A stretch of 64,000 bases of DNA from a virus. Lineage: Duplodnaviria; Caudoviricetes. Position numbers and translations under genes: made by a program. The notes below the pieces were generated by a model. It was not told the origin of the DNA. It saw nothing but the letters and a program-made list of their open reading frames with translations, and did no database searches. The DNA lies in IMG/VR virus record IMGVR_UViG_3300032218_002424, positions 1 through 64,000 of that record; one strand, written 5' to 3'. Positions 35,975 to 44,758 of this stretch are shown here, in pieces. Positions within the stretch are counted from its first letter, which is position 1, and every line of letters starts with the position of its first letter.

Positions 35975-37566
35975 CAAAAGTAGTTTATGAAGAAGATAGC
36001 AATATCGTAGATAACGATGTTCGCATTAATACTTATGCGGATATGGTTAGATTTAGCAAAGCTCAAGAAGAAACTACAACTGACCCTTTCGCAGCAGATG
36101 CTGAAGAATTAAAAAAGTTTACTGGCCTATCTCCTGCATTTAGACGCAAATTAGGTAGAGAGCTAACAAAAGCATTTACTGGCCAAGATGGTGCACAAAC
36201 ACAACAGAGTCTTCTAGCTCAGGCGATCACTGGATATGCACTTTTAGATGTAATTGAACCAACATACAATATGGAATATCTCTCACGACTTTATGAAATT
36301 TCAACATATAATTATTCTGCTTGTAATGCTAAGACATCAAATATTGTTGGCTTGGGACACATGTTTATTGAAACAAGAAAAACAAATGACGCTCTTGATG
36401 GAATCACAGATGAAAAGCAATTAGACCGTGCACGTAGAAAGCTTGCAAAGTTAAAGCAAGATTTACAAGACTGGTTAGATGAGTGTAATGATGAAGATAC
36501 ATTTACAGAAACTTTAATTAAGGTATGGACTGACTATGAAGCTACTGGTAATGGCTATCTGGAAGTCGGTAGAACGGTTCGTGGAGACATTGGATACATA
36601 GGACATATCCCATCAAAGACAATGCGTGTACGCCGCCTTAGAGACGGTTTTATCCAGCTTCTGTATGGCAAGCTAGTTTACTTTAGAAATTTTGGAGATC
36701 AAGAAACTCCCAATCCAATTCTCGGCGGAGCAGATCGTCCTAATGAAATTATTCATTTAAAGAAATATACACCAGTAAATATGTATTATGGTGTTCCAGA
36801 TATTATTGCTGCACAAAATTCTTTAGCTGGAAACGAATTTGCTGCTAAATACAATTTAGACTACTTTGAAAATAAAGCTGTTCCTCGTTATATTATTACA
36901 GCAAAGGGTGCAAAGCTTTCTCCAGAATCAGAGCGTAAATTGCTAGAATTTTTCCAGGTCGGATTAAAAGGAAAGAACCATCGTTCACTTTATATTCCTC
37001 TTCCAGCAGACACTCCAGATTCTAAGGTTGAATTTAAGATGGAGCCAATTGAAGCTGGAGTCCAAGAAGGCTCATTTGATAAATATCGTAAATCAAATAG
37101 AGATGAAATTTTGCTTGCTCATCGTGTTCCAATTAATAAAATCGGAACTCCAGAAGGTGTTAATTTGGCAGTTGCTCGTGATGCGGATAAGACATTTAAA
37201 GAGCAGGTTTGCCGTCCAGCACAAATGCGTTTAGAGAAGAAATTAAATCAAATTATTCAAGAAAAGACAGATGCTTTAATTATTAAGTTTAATGAATTAA
37301 GCCTAACAGATGAAGATACTCAGTCTAAAATTGATGAAAGATATCTTCGCATGCAGGTTATTGTGCCTAACGAAGTTAGAATTCGTAAGGGTATGATTCC
37401 AATTGAAGGCGGAGATAAAGTAGTCGAATTAAAGCCACAACAGGCGGCAGAACAAACTGCTCAGGCTGGAAATACAAGACAAAGAACCCAACAAAGAGAT
37501 GCTAATTCCCCAGATAAATCTGGAGAAGGAAGAAATGCTCAAGGGGATGGAAGACAAACTCCATAA
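35971..37566 (+). CDS. Portal protein (PBSX/HK97-like)
   Basis: TGNGYLE, EIIHLK.Y.P...YYGVPD, YF.N.A.P, EILLAHRVP, PNEVR...G..P.EGGD. Confidence 0.92.
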   Translation: MTKVVYEEDSNIVDNDVRINTYADMVRFSKAQEETTTDPFAADAEELKKFTGLSPAFRRKLGRELTKAFTGQDGAQTQQSLLAQAITGYALLDVIEPTYNMEYLSRLYEISTYNYSACNAKTSNIVGLGHMFIETRKTNDALDGITDEKQLDRARRKLAKLKQDLQDWLDECNDEDTFTETLIKVWTDYEATGNGYLEVGRTVRGDIGYIGHIPSKTMRVRRLRDGFIQLLYGKLVYFRNFGDQETPNPILGGADRPNEIIHLKKYTPVNMYYGVPDIIAAQNSLAGNEFAAKYNLDYFENKAVPRYIITAKGAKLSPESERKLLEFFQVGLKGKNHRSLYIPLPADTPDSKVEFKMEPIEAGVQEGSFDKYRKSNRDEILLAHRVPINKIGTPEGVNLAVARDADKTFKEQVCRPAQMRLEKKLNQIIQEKTDALIIKFNELSLTDEDTQSKIDERYLRMQVIVPNEVRIRKGMIPIEGGDKVVELKPQQAAEQTAQAGNTRQRTQQRDANSPDKSGEGRNAQGDGRQTP

Positions 37567-37584
37567 CTTTTAGTCGACAAGTAT

Positions 37585-37613
37585 TTGCCTTTTTAAGCAC
37601 ACGTTGATAAACT
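37585..37613 (+). promoter_or_regulatory. Promoter TTGCCT-N17-TAAACT with extended TG, near-leaderless
   Basis: Spacing; no SD before ATG 37623. Confidence 0.55.
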
Positions 37614-37622
37614 TTACTGTAT

Positions 37623-38927
37623 ATGAATATTGAAAAAGCACATTGGTCAAGTAATGGAAATCGCCTGTCAATTGCGGTTCCATTCTCAAAGGTCAATAAG
37701 GAAAACAGAACAGTTTCAGGGTTCGCTACACTTAATAATGTAGACCAAACTGGAGATGTTGTTACGGCTGAAGCAAGCCTAAAAGCATTTGAAGGTTTCC
37801 GTGGAAACATTCGTGAAATGCATCAATCAATTGCAGTTGGTAAAATGCTTTCATTCAAAGCTGAGACATTCTTTGATCCAATTTCAAAGTCATTCTACGA
37901 TGGTGTTTGGGTAAGTGCTTACATTTCAAAGGGTGCACAAGATACTTGGGAAAAAGTTCTTGATGGCACACTTTCTGGTTTTTCAATTGGCGGAAGAATT
38001 AATGAATCAGATTTAGAAGTTAATAAATCAAATGGTGAGTCTGTTAGATTTATTAAGGACTACGATCTTATTGAGTTGTCGCTTGTTGATTCACCAGCAA
38101 ATGAACTTTGCAATGTTCTTTCAATCGAAAAGGTTAACGGAACACTTGTTTATAAAGGTTTAGTAGCAGAAACTTTTGCAGCTAATGTTTTTTTCTGTCC
38201 ATCAGATAACATTGTTGTTTCAGAGATGTCAGCTGAAAGAAGTTGCTCAGTATGTAATACAAAAATGGAAGTCATTGGTTGGGTGGAGAACAATGATGTT
38301 AATAAGGCGGATACAGTTCGATATGTCTATGAAAAATATATCAATAAGGTTTCTAGTTCTGCACAAGAACCAGAAAGCAACACCGAAGTAAAGGGAGGTA
38401 CACAAGTGTCAGAAGCAACAGTAGAAGACACAACCGTCGAAACTCCTGCAGCAGAAGCAGCAGTTACTGAAGAAGTAGCAGCACCAGCAGAAGATGCAGC
38501 AGCAGACGTTGTAGAAGCAGCACCAGCTGCAGAAGCAGATGCCGCCAATACCGAAGATGCACCAGCAGCAGATGCAGTAACTGAAGATTCAGAAATTGCA
38601 AAGGCTATGGGAGATCTCAAGGGCTTCTTGTCAGATACACTTAGTAAGGCAGCAGAGACAAACGCAGCACAGGTTGCAGAAGTTAAGTCAACTGTAGAGT
38701 CCTTTATGAAGAGTGTTGAGACAAGAGTTTCAGAATTGGCAGAACAATACAATACACTCAGCCAAAAAGTAGCTGAGGGAATTGACTCTGTTGAAAAGAG
38801 AGTCAATGCAGTTGAAACAGATACTGCAGTTAAGAAGTCTGCTGACCTTGGCGGGTCAACAGAGTTTGTAAAGAAATCAAAATGGTCAGGAGCTTTCCTC
38901 GGTTCCGTTAACGATATTTTAAACTAA
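37623..38927 (+). CDS. Prohead maturation protease (HK97-type) fused to a scaffolding region
   Basis: R.VSGFA...D..GDVV, IREMH, GFSIGG, ELSLVDSPAN; C..D/CxxC motif; acidic Ala-rich linker and coiled coil. Confidence 0.9.
   Translation: MNIEKAHWSSNGNRLSIAVPFSKVNKENRTVSGFATLNNVDQTGDVVTAEASLKAFEGFRGNIREMHQSIAVGKMLSFKAETFFDPISKSFYDGVWVSAYISKGAQDTWEKVLDGTLSGFSIGGRINESDLEVNKSNGESVRFIKDYDLIELSLVDSPANELCNVLSIEKVNGTLVYKGLVAETFAANVFFCPSDNIVVSEMSAERSCSVCNTKMEVIGWVENNDVNKADTVRYVYEKYINKVSSSAQEPESNTEVKGGTQVSEATVEDTTVETPAAEAAVTEEVAAPAEDAAADVVEAAPAAEADAANTEDAPAADAVTEDSEIAKAMGDLKGFLSDTLSKAAETNAAQVAEVKSTVESFMKSVETRVSELAEQYNTLSQKVAEGIDSVEKRVNAVETDTAVKKSADLGGSTEFVKKSKWSGAFLGSVNDILN
38406..38927 (+). CDS. Nested in-frame scaffolding protein (internal GTG start), 173 aa
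   Basis: SD GGAGG at 38394-38398, 7 nt before in-frame GTG 38406; composition switches to acidic, Ala-rich. Confidence 0.65.
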   Translation: MSEATVEDTTVETPAAEAAVTEEVAAPAEDAAADVVEAAPAAEADAANTEDAPAADAVTEDSEIAKAMGDLKGFLSDTLSKAAETNAAQVAEVKSTVESFMKSVETRVSELAEQYNTLSQKVAEGIDSVEKRVNAVETDTAVKKSADLGGSTEFVKKSKWSGAFLGSVNDILN

Positions 38928-38947
38928 AAAAGGCAGGTGAAAAAAAT

Positions 38948-39997
38948 ATGAGTAACGAATTATTAGAAAAGGCAGTAGCAGCTAACACAACAGCAACTAC
39001 TAGCATGAACGGCCAGAGCCTTTCAGGTTCAGGTATCCACGTCGGAGCTACCCAAACAGGTGGTCTCCTAAATCCAGAGCAGTCAGCACGATTCCTCGAC
39101 TACGTATTTGATGCTACCGTAATTGGTAAGGTCGCACGTACAGTAAGAATGAAGGCAGACACAACTGAGATTGATCGCATCGGAGTTGGCGAGAAGCTAA
39201 TGAAGGTTGCGTCAGAAGCAGAAGACACAGGTTCAAACGCTGGTGTCACATTCTCAAAGATCAACTTGACTACTAAGAAGCTTCGTCTTGACTGGGAACT
39301 CTCAACAGAGTCTCTAGAAGACAACATCGAAGGTCCAGATCTAGAAGATCACATTGCACGTCTTATGGCAACACAAGCTGGAAATGACATCGAAGATGTA
39401 GTCCTTAATGGAGATACATCACTTTCATCAGATAACCTTTACAAGGCATTTGATGGCGTTGTTAAGAAGGCTAAGGCTAACGGACACGTAGTTGATGCAG
39501 GTGGAGCAGCAGTTTCCCGTGCAGTATTCAACTCAGCACTCAAGGCACTTCCACGTAAGTACAAGCAACGTCGTACAGACCTTCGCTTCCTTTCAGGATC
39601 TAATCTTATCCAGGACTTCCTATATAGCCAGTCAATCTCAACCAATTTTGCAAACCCACAAGATATCGCATCAAGCGTTATCCGTGGTGAAGTTGCACCA
39701 CTTGGTGGACCAGCAGGTTATGTAGCACCATACGCATTTGGTATTCCAATTGTTGAAGTTCCACTCCTTAATGAAATCCAAGCTGGAGATTATTCAGGAC
39801 ACACAGGTTCACACGGTGACATCCACCTTTCATTCCCAAATAACGTTGTTATCGGAATTAAGCGTGACGTAACTGTTTACCGTTTCTTCTGGCCTCGCAA
39901 GGACTCAGTTGAGTACACACTCTACACAAGAGTTGGTGTTCAAATTGAGCAAGCCGATGCATGGGTCGTTGTAAAGAACGTTAAGGTAGCTTCCTAA
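38948..39997 (+). CDS. Major capsid protein (HK97 fold)
   Basis: Follows the protease; GGLLNPEQ..RF, E.LEDNIEG, D.ED..LNGD; strongly biased codon use; strong terminator after it. Confidence 0.92.
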   Translation: MSNELLEKAVAANTTATTSMNGQSLSGSGIHVGATQTGGLLNPEQSARFLDYVFDATVIGKVARTVRMKADTTEIDRIGVGEKLMKVASEAEDTGSNAGVTFSKINLTTKKLRLDWELSTESLEDNIEGPDLEDHIARLMATQAGNDIEDVVLNGDTSLSSDNLYKAFDGVVKKAKANGHVVDAGGAAVSRAVFNSALKALPRKYKQRRTDLRFLSGSNLIQDFLYSQSISTNFANPQDIASSVIRGEVAPLGGPAGYVAPYAFGIPIVEVPLLNEIQAGDYSGHTGSHGDIHLSFPNNVVIGIKRDVTVYRFFWPRKDSVEYTLYTRVGVQIEQADAWVVVKNVKVAS

Positions 39998-40014
39998 TTT
40001 AGGAAATATACTAT

Positions 40015-40048
40015 TAAAGACCCTCGAATTAATTTTCGAGGGTCTTTA
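40015..40048 (+). terminator. Terminator hairpin TAAAGACCCTCGAA-N6-TTCGAGGGTCTTTA
   Basis: 14-bp perfect stem after the capsid gene. Confidence 0.85.
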
Positions 40049-40064
40049 CCTTTTAAGCTCGTAA

Positions 40065-40073
40065 TGCTATAAT
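40065..40073 (+). promoter_or_regulatory. Extended -10 TGCTATAAT
   Basis: Recurrent motif, followed by RBS AAGGAG. Confidence 0.6.
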
Positions 40074-40095
40074 TGAACAGAACAAAGGAGATTAT

Positions 40096-40503
40096 ATGTC
40101 ATTTTCAACAATGAAAATCGCAGAACTCAAACAAATCGCAGAAGACTTTGCAGTGGACCTACCTAATTCAAAGAGCAAAGCAGAAATTATCGCAGCCTTC
40201 GCAGAAGAAGGCGTAACTTGGGAAATTTACCAAAAGACATTAAAGAATCTAGAAGATGATTCAATTGAGGCGGATGAAGCAATAGAAGTATTGCCAAAGT
40301 TTGACCCAAAGGCGGCAACACCAGAAGATACAACTTTAGTTAGAATGACTAGAGCAAACTTCAGATATGATATTCTTGGATTTACCTTTACAAAGGAACA
40401 TCCATTTGTAGCTATGCCAACAGAAAAAGCAGAAGAACTTTTTAGAATTGAAGAGGGATTTCGCATGGCTACAGCTACTGAAGTAAAAGATTTTTACAAC
40501 TAA
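40096..40503 (+). CDS. Hypothetical protein with Rho-N/HeH-like N-terminal domain
   Basis: MK.AELK.IA....V......K.EII. Confidence 0.75.
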   Translation: MSFSTMKIAELKQIAEDFAVDLPNSKSKAEIIAAFAEEGVTWEIYQKTLKNLEDDSIEADEAIEVLPKFDPKAATPEDTTLVRMTRANFRYDILGFTFTKEHPFVAMPTEKAEELFRIEEGFRMATATEVKDFYN

Positions 40504-40515
40504 AAGGAAGATTAA

Positions 40516-41508
40516 ATGGCTGAGTTATACGTAAATAGCAACGGAGTTTTGCGTCAAAAAATTTATTGGGCAGGAAAGCCAGTAGATACAGATAATGATG
40601 TTTCTGTTGCTGTTTACGATGTAACTGAAGATCCAGCAATTATTCCAGCACTTTCCCCAACATCATTGTTGGGAACATATGCTGCTTCAAATTTAGAAAC
40701 AGATAATGGAAACTATGAATTAGTTCTTCCATTTAATCTGACTGAAAGAAATAGAAAATTAAAGCTAATTTGGTCTTATAGTGTAAATGGAGAGGCTGGA
40801 CAGCAAACTACGTTTGTTGATGTTGTAACTCCATATACAAATATTTCTGAAGCAATTGATGCTTTAAATTTTGGAGTAGACCCATCAGACCCAGACTATA
40901 AGTCATATGAAGAACTTATGCGGGCAGAAGCTTACGCAAGAAAACTTATTGAGAATTATACATTTGACCAATTTTATCTTTATGATGATGTTCAAATTGT
41001 TTATGGAGCAGGCGACGATTCAATTGCTACTCTTTACAAGGTAAATCAAATTCATGAATTATATGCAAATGATATTCTATTGCTTGATAATCCTCACAAT
41101 ATAAATAATATTGGATATGATATTATTCCAGCATCAACTGGATATGGAATTAAAATTGATAGAGGTTCTTCAATCACAAGAGACAACACCGTGTACCTTG
41201 CAAATGGAATGGTGTCTCCAACTGTATATGATTTAGGATTTCAAGGTTTCTTTCAAAAAGGTGTTGCCTACAGAGTCCAAGGAAGATTTGGATGGGATGC
41301 TATCCCAGACGAAGTAAGTCTTGCAACAATTGAACTCATGAAAGATTTCTTTAACAGAGATACACAATGGAAACATAAGTATGTAAAGAATATTCAGACA
41401 TTTGACTGGAATTTTGAATATGATCCAGGAGTTTATAATGGAACAGGAAACTTTTATGCTGACAGCATTCTTTCAAATTATGTTGTCAAGCAAATGTTGG
41501 TGATCTAA
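40516..41508 (+). CDS. Head-to-tail adaptor
   Basis: A...IENYT...F; V.G.FGW..IP.EV..A...L; TGN..AD.IL..Y; position after the capsid genes. Confidence 0.75.
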   Translation: MAELYVNSNGVLRQKIYWAGKPVDTDNDVSVAVYDVTEDPAIIPALSPTSLLGTYAASNLETDNGNYELVLPFNLTERNRKLKLIWSYSVNGEAGQQTTFVDVVTPYTNISEAIDALNFGVDPSDPDYKSYEELMRAEAYARKLIENYTFDQFYLYDDVQIVYGAGDDSIATLYKVNQIHELYANDILLLDNPHNINNIGYDIIPASTGYGIKIDRGSSITRDNTVYLANGMVSPTVYDLGFQGFFQKGVAYRVQGRFGWDAIPDEVSLATIELMKDFFNRDTQWKHKYVKNIQTFDWNFEYDPGVYNGTGNFYADSILSNYVVKQMLVI

Positions 41509-41936
41509 TGTTAGCAGATTTGGTAGGAACAATCCTGTCAATGAAGGTTGACATTTATGTACAACAAGATTTTCAGGATACAGACACAGGTGCAATTAAA
41601 AAGTCTTGGATTTTAGACAGAACAATACCATGTTTTGCAAAAGGAAATATTTCAAATTCTTCAAGTGGTCGTGGATCTGACAGACAAAAATATGGAACAA
41701 GATACAAAGACATTGAATCAATTTCAGTAAGAGTTGGAGAATTTATTTCTCACAGAGAAAAACTTGTAAATATTAGAAGTGATAAAGATCAAACATTATG
41801 GTTTGAATTAAATTATCCAACAAGTACACCTACTGTTTTTGAAGTTGTTGGCAATACTCCAATTACCGATCCGTTCGGTGCAGTACTTGGATACAACTTG
41901 ATGTGTGCAAGATCGGAAAATCAGACAATTGATTAA
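41508..41936 (+). CDS. Head-to-tail stopper / head closure protein
   Basis: Size, position and D.TGAI...W...CFA pattern. Confidence 0.65.
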   Translation: MLADLVGTILSMKVDIYVQQDFQDTDTGAIKKSWILDRTIPCFAKGNISNSSSGRGSDRQKYGTRYKDIESISVRVGEFISHREKLVNIRSDKDQTLWFELNYPTSTPTVFEVVGNTPITDPFGAVLGYNLMCARSENQTID

Positions 41937-42720
41937 CAATACAATAGCTCTAGAAACAGCTTCACGAGGCTTAGAACGACTTATGGTGGGTTCTAAGCAA
42001 AAAGGAGTTATAGACGATGGCGGGACAGTTCAAAAAATTTCTGCTGGACTTTATTATCAGGTTAATGTAATGAATTCAATGGTAACAGAAGATTGCATAT
42101 CTCAAGGATATGTAAATAAAATATTTAATAAGATTAAGTTTGATTTAAATGAATTTATGGATATGCAAGCAAGATCTAAACCAAAATCATTTCACCATGT
42201 TTATGAATGGGGAAAAGTTGGTCAATCAGATTCAAGATTGTTTACAATTAATAGATCTAAGCAAAATGGGTTTAATTTTGTTTTAGGATATGATTTTAAA
42301 CTTTCAACAACAACTGTTCCAGAAAAAGGAAAAAATCCAAAAAAATATGTTTTTAAAAATAAAGCAATGGTTATGGAATATGCAGAGCAAGTAATTGTTC
42401 GTCCAAAAAATCCAAAGGCAGGTTTAGCTTTTGATATTGATGGAAAGTTTATTACCCTTGCTGCTGGAAAATCTGTTAAGATTAATAACCCAGGCGGTAA
42501 AGATGTTAAACTTTCATTTGCAAATGCATATACAAGATTTATGTCTGGGCCAGTTCAAAATTCAATTGCTATGTCTGGAGCTAAAGAATCATTTCAGGCA
42601 GTAATAGCAAACTCTATGCATTTGCCAGGTATGATAAAAGCAAAATCTTATTCCTATAATCCAGCATCTGTTAAGAATGCCGCAAAGAATGCAGTTCAAT
42701 TGAACGGGAGAAACATGTGA
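41929..42720 (+). CDS. Neck/tail completion protein
   Basis: HHVYEW, F.NKA.VME; basic; TTG start overlapping the upstream gene. Confidence 0.6.
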   Translation: MINNTIALETASRGLERLMVGSKQKGVIDDGGTVQKISAGLYYQVNVMNSMVTEDCISQGYVNKIFNKIKFDLNEFMDMQARSKPKSFHHVYEWGKVGQSDSRLFTINRSKQNGFNFVLGYDFKLSTTTVPEKGKNPKKYVFKNKAMVMEYAEQVIVRPKNPKAGLAFDIDGKFITLAAGKSVKINNPGGKDVKLSFANAYTRFMSGPVQNSIAMSGAKESFQAVIANSMHLPGMIKAKSYSYNPASVKNAAKNAVQLNGRNM

Positions 42721-43229
42721 GTGTAAATTACAAATTGGATTCAGCTAATGAAGTTCGTAAATTTTTATGGCGGGAATTAGAAGCACAGGGAATCTTCAAA
42801 GAGACAGACTATTATTCTGATAATGTTGGGGAGATAATTATCCCTATTATTCCAGTACAACAACAGCCAGAATTAAATCAATTCCTTAATGGTAAAAAGC
42901 ACATAGTCTATGATAAAACTAATATGACTTATGACTCTAATTGGCTTATATGCACTGAAAAGATGCAGTTTACTTTATATGCAATTGATGTGTCTGATAT
43001 CAATGAAATGAGAAACTTCATTATTGACCTATTTAGAAGAATGGATGAGTCAGCCAGAGATATTAATAGCTTTATGGGAAATGCTAGTCTTATTAGATTT
43101 CATACAATTTATATGTCTGATATATCCCCAATTGCCCCATCAGAAGAATTGCAGGGATTCCTTTCAGCAGATGTTATTATTGAGGTAAAGTATTCAAGAG
43201 ACGTAAATTCAGCAGGTAGATACAAATAA
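42717..43229 (+). CDS. Tail terminator protein
   Basis: Immediately before the tail tube gene; acidic, 170 aa; GTGA overlap. Confidence 0.65.
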   Translation: MSVNYKLDSANEVRKFLWRELEAQGIFKETDYYSDNVGEIIIPIIPVQQQPELNQFLNGKKHIVYDKTNMTYDSNWLICTEKMQFTLYAIDVSDINEMRNFIIDLFRRMDESARDINSFMGNASLIRFHTIYMSDISPIAPSEELQGFLSADVIIEVKYSRDVNSAGRYK

Positions 43230-43232
43230 CCC

Positions 43233-43261
43233 TTGCTTTATGAACTGATCAACTGTAAAAT
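43233..43261 (+). promoter_or_regulatory. Promoter TTGCTT-N17-TAAAAT for the major tail gene
   Basis: Spacing and consensus. Confidence 0.6.
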
Positions 43262-43330
43262 TAGAACTGAGGAAAGATGCCTAGCCAGCAGCCACTAAAA
43301 AATTTATAGTATTCCAGGAGGTGGAAATAA

Positions 43331-43975
43331 ATGGCATTTGAAGCAAAAAATATTATTGTCGGAGCAGCACCGCTGTTCTTGTCAAAAAAGGATTCAACTA
43401 ACGCAACATACGCAATAGTTCTTCCAGAAGGAACTAACGTAACAGCTAATACTTCAATTTATGATCCAGCAACTCGTGAGTTGTCAGGAGCAGGATTATC
43501 AGCAGCATATGCAAACGTTGGTTACACAAACAACGGTCTACAAATTACTTACAACCCAACATACGGTTCAGTAACAGTTGACCAGCTTCTTGATACAGCT
43601 AAGCTGTTCAAGGAGTCAATGGAAGTAATGCTTGCAACTGAATTTACAGAAGCAACACTTGAGAACGTTCTTAAGGTATTTGGTCAAGGAGCAGACACTC
43701 TTTCAAACGATACTCTAGGACTCGAAGCAGGTGCTCTTGGTCAAGAGCCAACAGAGCGTCAACTTATCGCTGTAGGTCTTGCACCACGTTCATCAGCAAA
43801 CAAGAAGCGTGAGCGTGTATATTATGCACGTCGTGTACTTTCTGTACAGCAGTCACAATTCACACTTGCACGTAATAACCCAACAGTATTTCCAGTAACC
43901 TTCCGTCTTCTTCCAGATGCAGCATATGCAGGAGCAGAATACGGTAAGATTATTGACCGTGTAATTGAAGCTTAA
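43331..43975 (+). CDS. Major tail (tube) protein
   Basis: NIIVGAA, VGYT..G....Y.P....V.VDQ, EATLEN, FPVTFRLLP; biased codon use; terminator after it. Confidence 0.9.
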   Translation: MAFEAKNIIVGAAPLFLSKKDSTNATYAIVLPEGTNVTANTSIYDPATRELSGAGLSAAYANVGYTNNGLQITYNPTYGSVTVDQLLDTAKLFKESMEVMLATEFTEATLENVLKVFGQGADTLSNDTLGLEAGALGQEPTERQLIAVGLAPRSSANKKRERVYYARRVLSVQQSQFTLARNNPTVFPVTFRLLPDAAYAGAEYGKIIDRVIEA

Positions 43976-44005
43976 TTCAAAACTTAATAACAACTTAATA
44001 TAGAG

Positions 44006-44034
44006 GCATGGCCCCCAGAAATGGGGGTCCATGC
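44006..44034 (+). terminator. Terminator hairpin GCATGGCCCCCA-GAAA-TGGGGGTCCATGC
   Basis: 12-bp stem with one bulge, GNRA loop, T-rich tail. Confidence 0.85.
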
Positions 44035-44056
44035 ATTTGGTTTATCAAAACACTTT

Positions 44057-44065
44057 TGATATAAT
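44057..44065 (+). promoter_or_regulatory. Extended -10 TGATATAAT before the tail chaperones
   Basis: TTGGTT lies 17 bp upstream of TATAAT. Confidence 0.55.
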
Positions 44066-44090
44066 TAAAGAAATTAGGAAGAGGAATAAA

Positions 44091-44423
44091 TTGGCAACTA
44101 CAGTATATAATGTAGAAGAAATCGAATTACAAAGCGGAGATAAGGTAAAGCTTAAGCCTTTATCAATTAAAGAACTTAGAGAGTTCATGGTCGTCATCGG
44201 AAAGACGGCAAACGTATCAACAGAAGATGAAACATTAGATATCCTTATTGAGGCATGTGGAGTAGCACTTAAGAAGCAGCTACCAGATTTGGTTACAAAT
44301 AAAGATGCATTTGAAGATGCACTTGATGTTCCAACAATCAACAGAATTCTTGAGGTTTGTGGCGGAATTAATATGTCAGACCCAAACCTTCTGGCGGCTC
44401 AAGTTCTAACTGGTCAGAACTAG
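44091..44423 (+). CDS. Tail assembly chaperone (gpG-like)
   Basis: Between tail tube and tape measure; TTG start after GAGGA; LKPLSIK.LR.F. Confidence 0.85.
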   Translation: MATTVYNVEEIELQSGDKVKLKPLSIKELREFMVVIGKTANVSTEDETLDILIEACGVALKKQLPDLVTNKDAFEDALDVPTINRILEVCGGINMSDPNLLAAQVLTGQN

Positions 44424-44755
44424 ATCTAGCCGCTTTAGAAGGACAAGTTTTTCTACTAGGTTTTTGGAAAAATTTTGAGGACCTAGAAGAAAATCTTTCA
44501 ATGCCAGAACTTATACACATACTTAAAACTATGGGCAAGAAAGAAGATGATAACAGAAGATTCCAGGCTTCATTGCAGGGAATAAACCTTGGAGAGGATG
44601 AGGTCATTGAGGAAGAGCATTCAAGTTTTGATGAGATCAAAATGAGAGCACTTGGAATTAATGGACTCGAAAACGATATCATTGCTCTTCGTGGTTCTGC
44701 AGCATCAGCAAAAGGTTTTGGAATAAACGAAGGACTTGGTTATTCCGAAGAATAA
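44381..44755 (+). CDS. Tail assembly chaperone -1 frameshift extension (gpGT-like)
   Basis: Slippery C CCA AAC at 44381-44387; -1 frame open from 44372 to 44755 (WSELDLAALEGQVFLLG...MPEL...). Confidence 0.85.
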   Translation, partial: PKPSGGSSSNWSELDLAALEGQVFLLGFWKNFEDLEENLSMPELIHILKTMGKKEDDNRRFQASLQGINLGEDEVIEEEHSSFDEIKMRALGINGLENDIIALRGSAASAKGFGINEGLGYSEE

Positions 44756-44758
44756 AAA

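Noticed and set aside
44031-44090. Longer N-terminus for the tail chaperone from ATG 44031
   Set aside because: That ATG lies in the terminator stem and upstream of the promoter; TTG 44091 has the RBS
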